In this document: piece by piece, positions 1 through 8,547 of the stretch | Layout of the letters: the number at the start of each line of letters is the position of its first letter | Numbering within the stretch: position 1 is the stretch's first letter | Sequence record: SRR20825006_177 | DNA: 42,576 nucleotides | Direction: 5' to 3' (one strand) | Program-made: the position numbers and the translations under genes | Notes under the pieces: model-generated | The model's input: only the letters and a program-made list of their open reading frames with translations | What the model was told of the DNA's origin: nothing | Databases searched by the model: none

Positions 1-198
1 GAAGCCGACATAGAGCACCTTCTTGAGGAGCCCGGCGATCACGTCCGTGTTCTGGGAGAGCGCCCAGAACAGGCCTGCCAGCGTAATGTCGATAGCGATG
101 AGCGTGGTCGACAGGTATGCGACATCGCCCGCCAGCAGGCCGAACCCGCTGTCAATGTAGGCGATAAAGGTCGCGAGAAATGTGTCGATCACGTCCAT
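1..198 (-). CDS. trbL: P-type conjugative transfer protein TrbL (N-terminal part, runs off window)
   Basis: Manual translation from ATG at 198: MDVIDTFLATFIAYIDSGFGLLAGDVAYLSTTLIAIDITLAGLFWAL..., a typical TrbL N-terminus; lies directly after trbJ. Confidence 0.9.
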   Translation of the reverse strand, partial: MDVIDTFLATFIAYIDSGFGLLAGDVAYLSTTLIAIDITLAGLFWALSQNTDVIAGLLKKVLYVGF

Positions 199-204
199 GG
201 GGCG

Positions 205-903
205 CTACTCTGCGAGGAAGGCCCGGGTGCGGGCGCGGCCGCGTTCGGCCTCGGCCAGCTGGCGCGCGCGTTCCAGCGCCTCGGCGCGGTAATGGGCGGC
301 CATCATGGCTTCCATCTGCATCAGCTGCTCAGTCTGCAGGGCCTCGATCTGGTTTCCCGCCTGCGCGACCTGGAGATTGCCGACGGCGGACTGGCTGTCG
401 GCGATCAGCCGGCCGAGACTGTCACTGTCAGCCCGCGCTGTGGAGACGACCTGCGCCGTGACGGTCAGACTGTCCCGGTAAGCCGTGCGGGACTGACGCC
501 AGCGGGCGCGGGCCTCTTCGACGAGGACGGCCTGGCGCGGCGGTTCACTGCCATAGTCTTCAGGGTACACCTCTTCATACTCGCGCTCGATTTCCTCGAC
601 GCGGTAGCCGATGCCTTCGGCCTCGCGCATCAGCTCCTCGATGCGGCGCATGCGGCGCAATATGTCGTCGACGATACTATCGGGCAGCGCCTCCAGATCG
701 CGCGCCATGTTCTCCAGCATCTCGATTTCATGGGTGAGCTGCTGGATTTGCTGGTTCACTTCCTGAAGCGACCGGATCGCCTGGTAGATGTTCTGGATGT
801 GATTGGCCGGGTCATAGACCGTCCATTGGGCGGCGGCTGGCGGGGCGATGAGGATGGAGAGCGGCGCGGCGCAAATGAGGGCGGAGGCAAGGAAGCGTTT
901 CAT
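205..903 (-). CDS. trbJ: P-type conjugative transfer protein TrbJ
   Basis: Signal peptide followed by VYDPAN..QN motif, helical body and AVGNLQVAQAGNQ motif; position between trbE and trbL. Confidence 0.9.
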   Translation of the reverse strand: MKRFLASALICAAPLSILIAPPAAAQWTVYDPANHIQNIYQAIRSLQEVNQQIQQLTHEIEMLENMARDLEALPDSIVDDILRRMRRIEELMREAEGIGYRVEEIEREYEEVYPEDYGSEPPRQAVLVEEARARWRQSRTAYRDSLTVTAQVVSTARADSDSLGRLIADSQSAVGNLQVAQAGNQIEALQTEQLMQMEAMMAAHYRAEALERARQLAEAERGRARTRAFLAE

Positions 904-912
904 CGGGGGCTC

Positions 913-3378
913 CTATTCGGCGGCGATGGCGTGGACTGATTGGATCGGATCGGCGGCTTCAGGCGCATGGCCGGGCCAGCGGGTGAGCAGCTCAGCCGCC
1001 CAGGGCAGGCCTTTCTCGATCAGCCAGCAGGCAGCAAAGCCGTCGCCTTCCGTCTCGGCCCAGATGCGGTCCATGCGGGCCTGATTTTCCGGCGAGGACG
1101 CCCCGCAAACCGAGAGGGCGATGGGTCCAAGTCCCAGATCAAAGACGCGCGCGCCGAGGGGTGACTGGTAATAATAGTCGCGCTTCGGCGTGGCTCTTGA
1201 GATCAGTTCGATCTGGCGGGTATTGAGTCCGAAGCGCTCATAGGTCTCTTTCGATTGCGGTTCCTGCGCGCGTTCATTCGGGAGGAAGATCCGTGTCGGA
1301 CAGGACTCGACGAGTGCAGGCGCGATGCTTGAGTTCGCGATGTCGGCCAGGCTTTGTGTTGCGAACACGACAGACACGTTCTTCTTGCGCAGGGTTTTGA
1401 GCCATTCGCGAATGCGCGCCGCGAACATCGGATCATCGAGGAACAGCCAGGCTTCATCTAGGATGAGCAGCGTTGGTTTGCCGGTGAACCGGGCTTCAAG
1501 TCGGTGGAACAGGTAAGTGATGACGGGGGCGACCGCGCCTTTCGCGTGCATCAGCTCTTCCATCTCGAAACAGACTGTATCGGCGAGGGCGAGGCTCTCC
1601 TGATCGGCATCGAGAAGGCGGCCATGCGGGCCTTCCAGCGTGAACGGGTGGAGCGCCGATTTGAGCGTGTCGTCCTGCAGCATCAGGCTGAGGCCTGTCA
1701 GCGTGCGTTCGTTTTCAGGCGCTGAGCTGAGAGACTGGATCGCTTCCCAGAGCCGGGCTTTCAGGTCCGGCGTCATGCTGACGCCTTCATTTGTGCAGAG
1801 ACCTGTCAGCCAGTCAGCGGCGAAACTCGCGCCATGTTCGGTGTCGATGTCCTTCAGGGGCTGGAGGCTTGGGGCGTTCGAACTGCCAAGGTCGATATGC
1901 GCGCCGCCCATGCAAAGCGTTGCAGCGCGCGCGGACCGGCCCTTGTCGAAGATGAAGACCTGGGCGTTTGTGTAGCGCTTCCATTGCAGGGCGAGCAGGG
2001 ACAGGAGCACGGACTTGCCCGCGCCGGTGGGACCGACGACAAGCGTATGACCAACATCGCCAATGTGGAGATTTAGGCGGAACGGTGTTGTGCCGTCGGT
2101 CTGTGCCTGGATGAGCGCAGGGGCTTGTAGGTGTCGATTGGCGTCTTCGCCCGCCCAGACCGCAGACAGCGGCACCATATGGGCCAGGTTCAGCGTGTGC
2201 AGGATGGGCTGACGGACATTGGCATACGGATGACCGGGCAAGCTCCCGAGCCAGGCATCGACGGCGTTCAGGGTCTCGCGGATTGCGGTGAAGCCGCGGC
2301 CATTCACGATGCGCTCGGCCACGCGGATATGTTCGTCCACCACGCGCCGGTCGGGATCGGCGACAGTGATCGTTGTGGTCACATAGCCATAGGAGACAAG
2401 GTCGGAGCCGAGTTCCTGTAGCGCGGCGTCGGCATCACCCGCCTTATTGTCGGCGTCATTGTCTACGAGGGCCGCCTGTTCATTGAACAGGGTCTCGCGC
2501 AGGACCGCGCCGATCGATTTGCGTTTGGCGAACCAGTGGCGGCGCTTCTTTCCGAGCACTTTTTCAGCTTCGGCCTTGTCCATGGCGATGAAGCGCGTTG
2601 CCCAGCGATAGGCAAAACCCTGCCGGTTCAGCTCATCAAGGATGCCCGGCAGGGTCGAGGCCGGAAAACCGAGAATGGTCAGCGTGCGCAAATGCGCGTC
2701 ACCGATCATCGGCTCCAGCCCGCCAGCGAAGGGCTCATCGGCGAGCACGGCGTCGAGGAAGACCGGCAGCTCAGGCGTCACAACAGGATGGCGCTTGATC
2801 GAGATGGTCGAGTGGAGATAGGTCAGCGTCTCATCGTCAGTTAGCTTACCAATCTCGGCGAGGCAGGTGGAAAGGAGATCGAAGACGCGGTCCGCGTGCT
2901 GCTGGAACGTCTCCAGCCGGTGCCGCCAGGTCGCGGCATCTTCGGTCTCAGCGCGCTGGATCAGCGCCTTCTCGGCGCGGCCCGTCGCATCGGCAGGCGG
3001 TAGCCAGAGGAGGTTTAGATAGTAGGCACTCTCGAACCGGGCGCCGCTTTCTTCGGCTTGCAGCGCGCGTTCCTGATCGATGAGCCAGGACAGCGCATCT
3101 GGAAACTCCGCCTCCGGATAGTCATGCACCTCGTGGCGCTGCGCCTCGAAGAAGAGCGCCCAGCCTGAGCCAAACCGGCGCAGGACATTGTTGACCCGGG
3201 CCATAACCGAGACGAGTTCTTCCTCGGTCGAACTTTCAAGGTCAGGGCCACGATATTTGAATGTCGTCTGGAAGCTGCCGTCCTTGTTGAGGACGACGCC
3301 CGGCGCAACGAGACAGGCCCATGGTAGATAGTCGGCGAGAAGCGTTGGTGTGTCGGCATATTCACGCAAGTTCAGCAT
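913..3378 (-). CDS. trbE: Conjugal transfer ATPase TrbE (VirB4 family)
   Basis: 821 aa; Walker A GPTGAGKS, Walker B ILDEAW, FATQS motif. Confidence 0.95.
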   Translation of the reverse strand: MLNLREYADTPTLLADYLPWACLVAPGVVLNKDGSFQTTFKYRGPDLESSTEEELVSVMARVNNVLRRFGSGWALFFEAQRHEVHDYPEAEFPDALSWLIDQERALQAEESGARFESAYYLNLLWLPPADATGRAEKALIQRAETEDAATWRHRLETFQQHADRVFDLLSTCLAEIGKLTDDETLTYLHSTISIKRHPVVTPELPVFLDAVLADEPFAGGLEPMIGDAHLRTLTILGFPASTLPGILDELNRQGFAYRWATRFIAMDKAEAEKVLGKKRRHWFAKRKSIGAVLRETLFNEQAALVDNDADNKAGDADAALQELGSDLVSYGYVTTTITVADPDRRVVDEHIRVAERIVNGRGFTAIRETLNAVDAWLGSLPGHPYANVRQPILHTLNLAHMVPLSAVWAGEDANRHLQAPALIQAQTDGTTPFRLNLHIGDVGHTLVVGPTGAGKSVLLSLLALQWKRYTNAQVFIFDKGRSARAATLCMGGAHIDLGSSNAPSLQPLKDIDTEHGASFAADWLTGLCTNEGVSMTPDLKARLWEAIQSLSSAPENERTLTGLSLMLQDDTLKSALHPFTLEGPHGRLLDADQESLALADTVCFEMEELMHAKGAVAPVITYLFHRLEARFTGKPTLLILDEAWLFLDDPMFAARIREWLKTLRKKNVSVVFATQSLADIANSSIAPALVESCPTRIFLPNERAQEPQSKETYERFGLNTRQIELISRATPKRDYYYQSPLGARVFDLGLGPIALSVCGASSPENQARMDRIWAETEGDGFAACWLIEKGLPWAAELLTRWPGHAPEAADPIQSVHAIAAE

Positions 3379-3626
3379 GTCAGATGCTCCTTGTGGCGCG
3401 TCGAACGGCTCGCAACGGCCATGAAATCCGGATCAGACCGCGCCATGAACACGGCCGCTGAATGCCCGACGGTCCAGAGCACGAGGCCCGGTATCCAGAG
3501 CTGGAGCCCAAGGCCGACCGCGGCAGCGAGCGTCCCGATGGCGATGGCGGCCGTGCGCGGTGCGCCCGCCATCAGGATCGGCTCGGTCAGCGAGCGATGG
3601 AGGGGGATTTCATAGCCTTCCGCCAC
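3372..3626 (-). CDS. trbD: TrbD (VirB3 family)
   Basis: PLHRSLTEPILMAGAPR motif, two hydrophobic segments and a C-terminal DP; overlaps trbE start. Confidence 0.92.
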   Translation of the reverse strand: MAEGYEIPLHRSLTEPILMAGAPRTAAIAIGTLAAAVGLGLQLWIPGLVLWTVGHSAAVFMARSDPDFMAVASRSTRHKEHLTC

Positions 3627-3961
3627 TAGACCAGCGCTCCGCCGCCAAAGCTGAAGAAAGTCAGGAAGAAGCTGGTGGCGGCGAAGGCGATCGAAAGACC
3701 GAACACAATCTGGATCAGCTTTCGCATCCCGCCGCTGGTCTCTCCGAAAGCCAAGGTCAGACCGGTCAGCGTAATGATGATCACCGCGACGATCCGCGCG
3801 ACGGGCCCTTCAATAGATTGCAGGATCTGATCGAGCGGACCTTCCCAGGGCATGCCGGAGCCTGCCGCATGGGCGGGACCGGCGATCATCAGGCCGAGGC
3901 CGATACAGGCCGCGACCTGAACCGTTCGGTTTACGGTCTGAAGGTGGGTGTAGAGGGTCAT
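3626..3961 (-). CDS. trbC: TrbC pilin (VirB2 family)
   Basis: Signal peptide, GSGMPWEGPL motif and two TM segments. Confidence 0.92.
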   Translation of the reverse strand: MTLYTHLQTVNRTVQVAACIGLGLMIAGPAHAAGSGMPWEGPLDQILQSIEGPVARIVAVIIITLTGLTLAFGETSGGMRKLIQIVFGLSIAFAATSFFLTFFSFGGGALV

Positions 3962-4953
3962 AGTGTTTCTCCATGTTGGACGAGGGACAAAGAGCGGGAG
4001 ACGAGCGGCTGGGTCTGGTAGCCCTCGCCGTCAAAGCCGGTGACGCGGAGCGCCTCTTCAACGCGGCGCTGGCCGCCCGCGCGGTTCATGAACACGACGA
4101 CGTCAATCGCCTCTGCGATGAGGTCGAAGGGCGCGCGCGGTGTGGCTTCCAGTGTCAGCTGTTCAAGCCGCGCTAGCGCGCCGTGGGCGGAGTTCGCATG
4201 CAGCGTGGTGATCCCGCCGGGATGGCCGGTGTTCCAGGCTTTGAGCAGGTCGAGCGCTTCAGCCCCGCGCACTTCGCCGATAATGATCCGGTCGGGGCGC
4301 AGGCGCAGGGTCGAGCGGACAAGGTCCTGCAGGCTGGTGCTGCCGCGATGGGTTCTGAGCTGGACGACATTGGGTGCGGCGCAGCGCAGCTCCCGCGTGT
4401 CTTCAAGGATGACGATGCGGTCGTCATGTAGTGAGGGCTCTGCCAGCAAGGCATTGGTAAATGTCGTCTTGCCAGAGGACGTGCCGCCGGCGATCAGAAT
4501 GTTCGCATGCGTTGCAATCGCGTCCTTGAGCGCTTGGGCCAGCGCAGGCGCCAGCGCGCCCTGGGTGACATAGTCGCCGAGTTCAAACGGTGTGGTCGCA
4601 GGCTTGCGGATGGAGAAACATGGCGCGGTTGAGACGGGTGGGAGAAGCCCTTCAAACCGCTCGCCGCTGCCGGGGAGTTCAGCAGAGATAATCGGGGAGG
4701 TGCGGTTTGCGGCTACTCCCACCCCAGAGGCCACGAGCCGGATGACGCGCTCGCGGTCGGAAGACGGGAGAGTGTGTTCAGAGATGATGAGGCCGATGCC
4801 AGCCTTCTCGATCCAGACCGATCCATCAGGATTGGCCATGATTTCGATCGTATCTGGCGCTTCCAGCGCTTCGCGCACCACAGAACAGAACGCGGTGCGC
4901 AGCATTGCGCTGCGACGGTCTTCTGTTTCGCTTTGGTGCGCGGGCTTGTCCAT
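3958..4953 (-). CDS. trbB: P-type conjugative transfer ATPase TrbB (VirB11 family)
   Basis: GGTSSGKTT Walker A, LRLRPDRIIIGEVRG and WNTGHPGG motifs; AGGAG RBS upstream. Confidence 0.95.
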   Translation of the reverse strand: MDKPAHQSETEDRRSAMLRTAFCSVVREALEAPDTIEIMANPDGSVWIEKAGIGLIISEHTLPSSDRERVIRLVASGVGVAANRTSPIISAELPGSGERFEGLLPPVSTAPCFSIRKPATTPFELGDYVTQGALAPALAQALKDAIATHANILIAGGTSSGKTTFTNALLAEPSLHDDRIVILEDTRELRCAAPNVVQLRTHRGSTSLQDLVRSTLRLRPDRIIIGEVRGAEALDLLKAWNTGHPGGITTLHANSAHGALARLEQLTLEATPRAPFDLIAEAIDVVVFMNRAGGQRRVEEALRVTGFDGEGYQTQPLVSRSLSLVQHGETL

Positions 4954-5082
4954 TTCATAAGGCTCCTGTCACTCACGTTTCCGAGTGACCAAAGCCTGAC
5001 AGCCCATGCGATTTTCGGGGAGTGGGACTGCGGGCCATATCCAGCAACGCCCCGCGACCTGCTGCAGATGAATGCAAACGCG

Positions 5083-5106
5083 AACCTGTAACTATTGCTA
5101 CAGGTT
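5083..5106. promoter_or_regulatory. Palindromic operator candidate AACCTGTA-N8-TACAGGTT between trbB and the FseA-like gene
   Basis: Perfect 8-bp inverted arms in the divergent intergenic region; the inner 7 bp of each arm match lux-box arms. Confidence 0.5.
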
Positions 5107-5268
5107 GCGACTGTAAAAATCCCTCATGAGGAGAGTTTGAATAGTGATCAGATGCTCAAATTATTCCCGTAAGATGCTGTTCATGCATTAAGTAATCTGC
5201 GCGTATGAATTCAGTCTTCAATTTCAGGTTGGCACTCATCTTGCTGAATTCCCCTGTGAAGGGAGCTG

Positions 5269-6120
5269 ATGATGAAGACTTTTACCTTGAGTTCGGAAGG
5301 CGTCCTGGCGCGCTACGATTACCTTTCGCGCCTGTCGCCTGATCGCTGGGCATGGGAATATGCAAGGCGCAATCCCGACCTCAGACGCGATGCAGAGGCG
5401 CGGTCGGACGACGATGTATCTGAAATGAAAGCGCCTTGCGCCGATGTTCGTCTCTTGAAGCCCCGCAACCCGCAGCGCCTCGCTCACCGCTGGGGCCTTA
5501 TGTTCATGCCCGATCCAGACCTTAATGGGTTTGAAGCCGATGCGGTCTGGAACAAGCATGTGTTTCCCGATCAGGTGGAAGTGAACTGCTCACCACGGGC
5601 GCCGGGCGAAAGCTGTGATATCTGGGACAGCACGGTTCCAATTTGCCAAATCACCCACATTACCGATTTGCAGGCCCGCGAATTTCTTCTGATCCGCGGC
5701 AAGGGCTGCGTCGTGCAGGTGCGCTGCACCGGCGTTTCGATTCTGGGGCTCGAACCTGTTCGGATGAAACTGACCATCTCTGATCTCAAAGCCTATGAGC
5801 GCAAACTGAAAGCGCAGAAAGCCGCACTTGCCCTGATCGAGGAAGGCAGCGTGCCCGAGGCGCCGCTCTGGACCAAAACCACGCAAATCCTGCGTGACGG
5901 TTTGGTCGCCCTCGATTGTCTTGAGCTTGGCATGTCACGGCGCGAAATCGCCATTGTTCTCAACGGCAAAGCGGCCGTCGATGCCGAGTGGAGCGATGAA
6001 ACCGGCACCATGCGGGACGCCATCCGCTACATTATCAAAAAGGCGGAGGGGCTGCGGGATGGCGGCTATCTGGTTGAACTTCTCGGCGCACAGCTGGGGT
6101 TTAATCAGCGTGCCGCATGA
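5269..6120 (+). CDS. FseA-like transcriptional activator (DUF6499 + DUF2285 domains in one frame)
   Basis: N-terminal WAWEYARRNP (AWEFLRRN-type) motif, RWGL-F-DP motif, and a C-terminal HTH-like LVALD...GMSRREIA...W...GGY segment. Confidence 0.8.
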   Translation: MMKTFTLSSEGVLARYDYLSRLSPDRWAWEYARRNPDLRRDAEARSDDDVSEMKAPCADVRLLKPRNPQRLAHRWGLMFMPDPDLNGFEADAVWNKHVFPDQVEVNCSPRAPGESCDIWDSTVPICQITHITDLQAREFLLIRGKGCVVQVRCTGVSILGLEPVRMKLTISDLKAYERKLKAQKAALALIEEGSVPEAPLWTKTTQILRDGLVALDCLELGMSRREIAIVLNGKAAVDAEWSDETGTMRDAIRYIIKKAEGLRDGGYLVELLGAQLGFNQRAA

Positions 6121-6129
6121 GTGAAGTCT

Positions 6130-6369
6130 TCACTCATTGCGGGCAAGCTCTCTTAGAACGTCGCTCTTGCAGGTCTGATATGCCCGTCGCCTGAAGTCTC
6201 CGCCGCTCTTGAGTCTGGAAGCCGGTAGGATGAGTCCGCACTCGGCACGGACCGCTTCAGCTTCGATGACATCTAATGGTTGGAAAGCTTTTGGGGCCGA
6301 CGCGCATCCCGCGAGCGAGGCGGCTAAGGTCCCCGTAATGAACAAGTTCCGCAAATTATTCATCGACAT
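6130..6369 (-). CDS. Small putative lipoprotein, unknown function
   Basis: 79 aa with a signal peptide and lipobox LAGC; two more Cys in the mature part. Confidence 0.65.
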   Translation of the reverse strand: MSMNNLRNLFITGTLAASLAGCASAPKAFQPLDVIEAEAVRAECGLILPASRLKSGGDFRRRAYQTCKSDVLRELARNE

Positions 6370-6482
6370 ACGTAGACTACTTTTGTGAATGATTACTTTT
6401 CAGTTTTAGTCAGAAACACTGAGCCGCGCTGGCGGCACCAGGGCGTTTGATTGAATTCGGCACCAGAAGATCCTCAGTTTCA

Positions 6483-8492
6483 TCAATGTTCGCGATCCTG
6501 GAACGCAAGTAGTCGCAAAGCGTTGAACACGACGATCAAAGTTGAACCTTCGTGAATGAGGACAGCGGGCCCGATCCCGAGACCGAAAAGCGTCGCGGGA
6601 ATAAGAAACGCGACGATGCCGAGGCTGACCCAGAGATTTTGCCGGATAGTGCGACTGGTTGCCCGGCTCAATCCGACTGCAAATGGCAGCGTTTCAAGAT
6701 CATCAGCCATGAGGGCAATGTCAGCGGTCTCAAGCGCAACGTCTGAGCCCGCCGCTCCCATGGCAATACCGACAGTCGCATTAGCCATGGCAGGCGCATC
6801 ATTGACGCCGTCCCCAACCATAGCGACACCGCGGCCTTGCTTGAGCGATTTGATCTTGGTGACTTTGTCATCGGGCATGAGATCGCCGAAGGCCTCGTCC
6901 AGCCCAACGTCTCGCGCGACAGCATCTGCCACATTCTGATTATCGCCCGAAATCATCATCATGCGGGTCACGCCGATGTCGCGCAGCCGCGCTATGACGG
7001 TTTTCGCGGCTTCGCGCGGCGTGTCCATCAGACCGATTACGCCCAGATAGCGCTCACCATGGCGCACAATCATCGTTGTGCGGCCATCGGCCGACAGCGA
7101 ATTGACGCGCTCTGCCAAGTCCTCGGGCACTGGCTTGCCGTCCACCTCATCAAACAAGGCCGATTTGCCGATATGCACAATCTGGCCATCATACATGGCG
7201 GAAACACCGCGACCGGTTATGCTTGTAAAATCGGTTGCGCTGTCGGGGATTGATCCGAGGCGCCTTTTCGCATCGCGCACCACGGCCTCGGCCAGCGGAT
7301 GATCACTCAGCGTTTCAACAGCGGCGCTAACCCTGAGCAAAGTGTCTTCATCGACATCGCCGAAAGGCACAATATCCACTAGGCGCGGCTCGCCCTCCGT
7401 CAGTGTGCCTGTTTTGTCAAAGGCGATGGCGTCGAGCCGTCCGAGCGCCTCAAGCGGCGCGCCGCCCTTGATCAACACGCCGCCGCGCGCGGCGCGGGCC
7501 ACGCCGGAGAGAATGGCGCTTGGGGTTGCAATGGCCAGCGCGCAGGGGCTTGCCGCCACCAATACAGCCATGGCTCGGTAGAAGCTTTCGGAAGCCGTCT
7601 CGTCCAAAACAAGGAAGGCCAGCGACGTAACAACCGCCAGAACAATGACGCACGGCACAAATATGCGCTCGAACTTTTTGGTAAAACTCTGGGTCGGTGA
7701 CTGGCGTGTTTCAGCCTCGCTCACCATGGTGACAACGCGGGCCAGCGTCGTCTCGCCCGACAATTTGGTCACTTCTATATCAAGACTGCCGGACCCATTG
7801 ATTGACCCCGCGAACACGCGGCTTTCGGCCTTCAGCGCGTCAGGATTAGCAGCTGCCTTTTCGCGGTCAGCCACGGGTCTTTTGTCTACGGGCGCGCTTT
7901 CGCCTGTAATGGGCGCCTGATTGACGGCGCTTTGTCCGCTGACCACAAATCCGTCGGCTGGCAAGCGCTCATTGGAACGCACCACAACGACATCGCCGAC
8001 AACTAACTCGTCAATCGCAATGGTTTCTGTCGTCTCACCCCTACGGACAAGCGCCTCATCCGGAGTGAGATCCGACAAAGCCGAAATCGCATTGCGCGCC
8101 CGGGCCATGGCATAGTTTTCAAGGGCATGGCCAATGGCAAACAGGAAGAGAAGAAAAGCACCTTCCGCCCATTCGCCGAGAATGGCGGCGCCCGTAGCAG
8201 CCACCAGCATCAGAAAGTCGATCTGAAACTGGCCTTTGAGTATTTTACCCATGGCCTCACGCAGCGCGAAATAACCGCCGAAAAAGTAAGCCGCGAGCAG
8301 GAAGCCAAATCCGATGGGGTCCGGTAGAAACCCAAGTTTGGGTCCGAGCCAGCCTGCCAGCAGGCAAAGTCCAGCTAGCCCGGCAAAGATGATTTCCGCG
8401 CGCGGGCCCACTATACGGCTAATGACATCGCCATGGTCATGACCATGACTGTCAGTGTCATGATCATGATTTGAGTGTTTCGGGGGTGACAT
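6483..8492 (-). CDS. Heavy-metal translocating P1B-type ATPase (P1B-4-like, Zn/Co/Cd)
   Basis: TGES, SPC, DKTGT, GDGVNDAP and HEGST motifs; His-rich N-terminus. Start set at ATG 8492, after a GGAGA RBS. Confidence 0.92.
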   Translation of the reverse strand: MSPPKHSNHDHDTDSHGHDHGDVISRIVGPRAEIIFAGLAGLCLLAGWLGPKLGFLPDPIGFGFLLAAYFFGGYFALREAMGKILKGQFQIDFLMLVAATGAAILGEWAEGAFLLFLFAIGHALENYAMARARNAISALSDLTPDEALVRRGETTETIAIDELVVGDVVVVRSNERLPADGFVVSGQSAVNQAPITGESAPVDKRPVADREKAAANPDALKAESRVFAGSINGSGSLDIEVTKLSGETTLARVVTMVSEAETRQSPTQSFTKKFERIFVPCVIVLAVVTSLAFLVLDETASESFYRAMAVLVAASPCALAIATPSAILSGVARAARGGVLIKGGAPLEALGRLDAIAFDKTGTLTEGEPRLVDIVPFGDVDEDTLLRVSAAVETLSDHPLAEAVVRDAKRRLGSIPDSATDFTSITGRGVSAMYDGQIVHIGKSALFDEVDGKPVPEDLAERVNSLSADGRTTMIVRHGERYLGVIGLMDTPREAAKTVIARLRDIGVTRMMMISGDNQNVADAVARDVGLDEAFGDLMPDDKVTKIKSLKQGRGVAMVGDGVNDAPAMANATVGIAMGAAGSDVALETADIALMADDLETLPFAVGLSRATSRTIRQNLWVSLGIVAFLIPATLFGLGIGPAVLIHEGSTLIVVFNALRLLAFQDREH

Positions 8493-8502
8493 AAGCGTCT
8501 CC

Positions 8503-8540
8503 AAAAAAGTGACGCCTTGGCGGATTACACCGCCAAGGCG
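8503..8540 (-). terminator. Intrinsic terminator-like hairpin between czcA and the ATPase
   Basis: 11-bp perfect stem (8513-8523 with 8530-8540), followed on the minus strand by TCAC and T6. Confidence 0.65.
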
Positions 8541-8547
8541 GAGTGAT

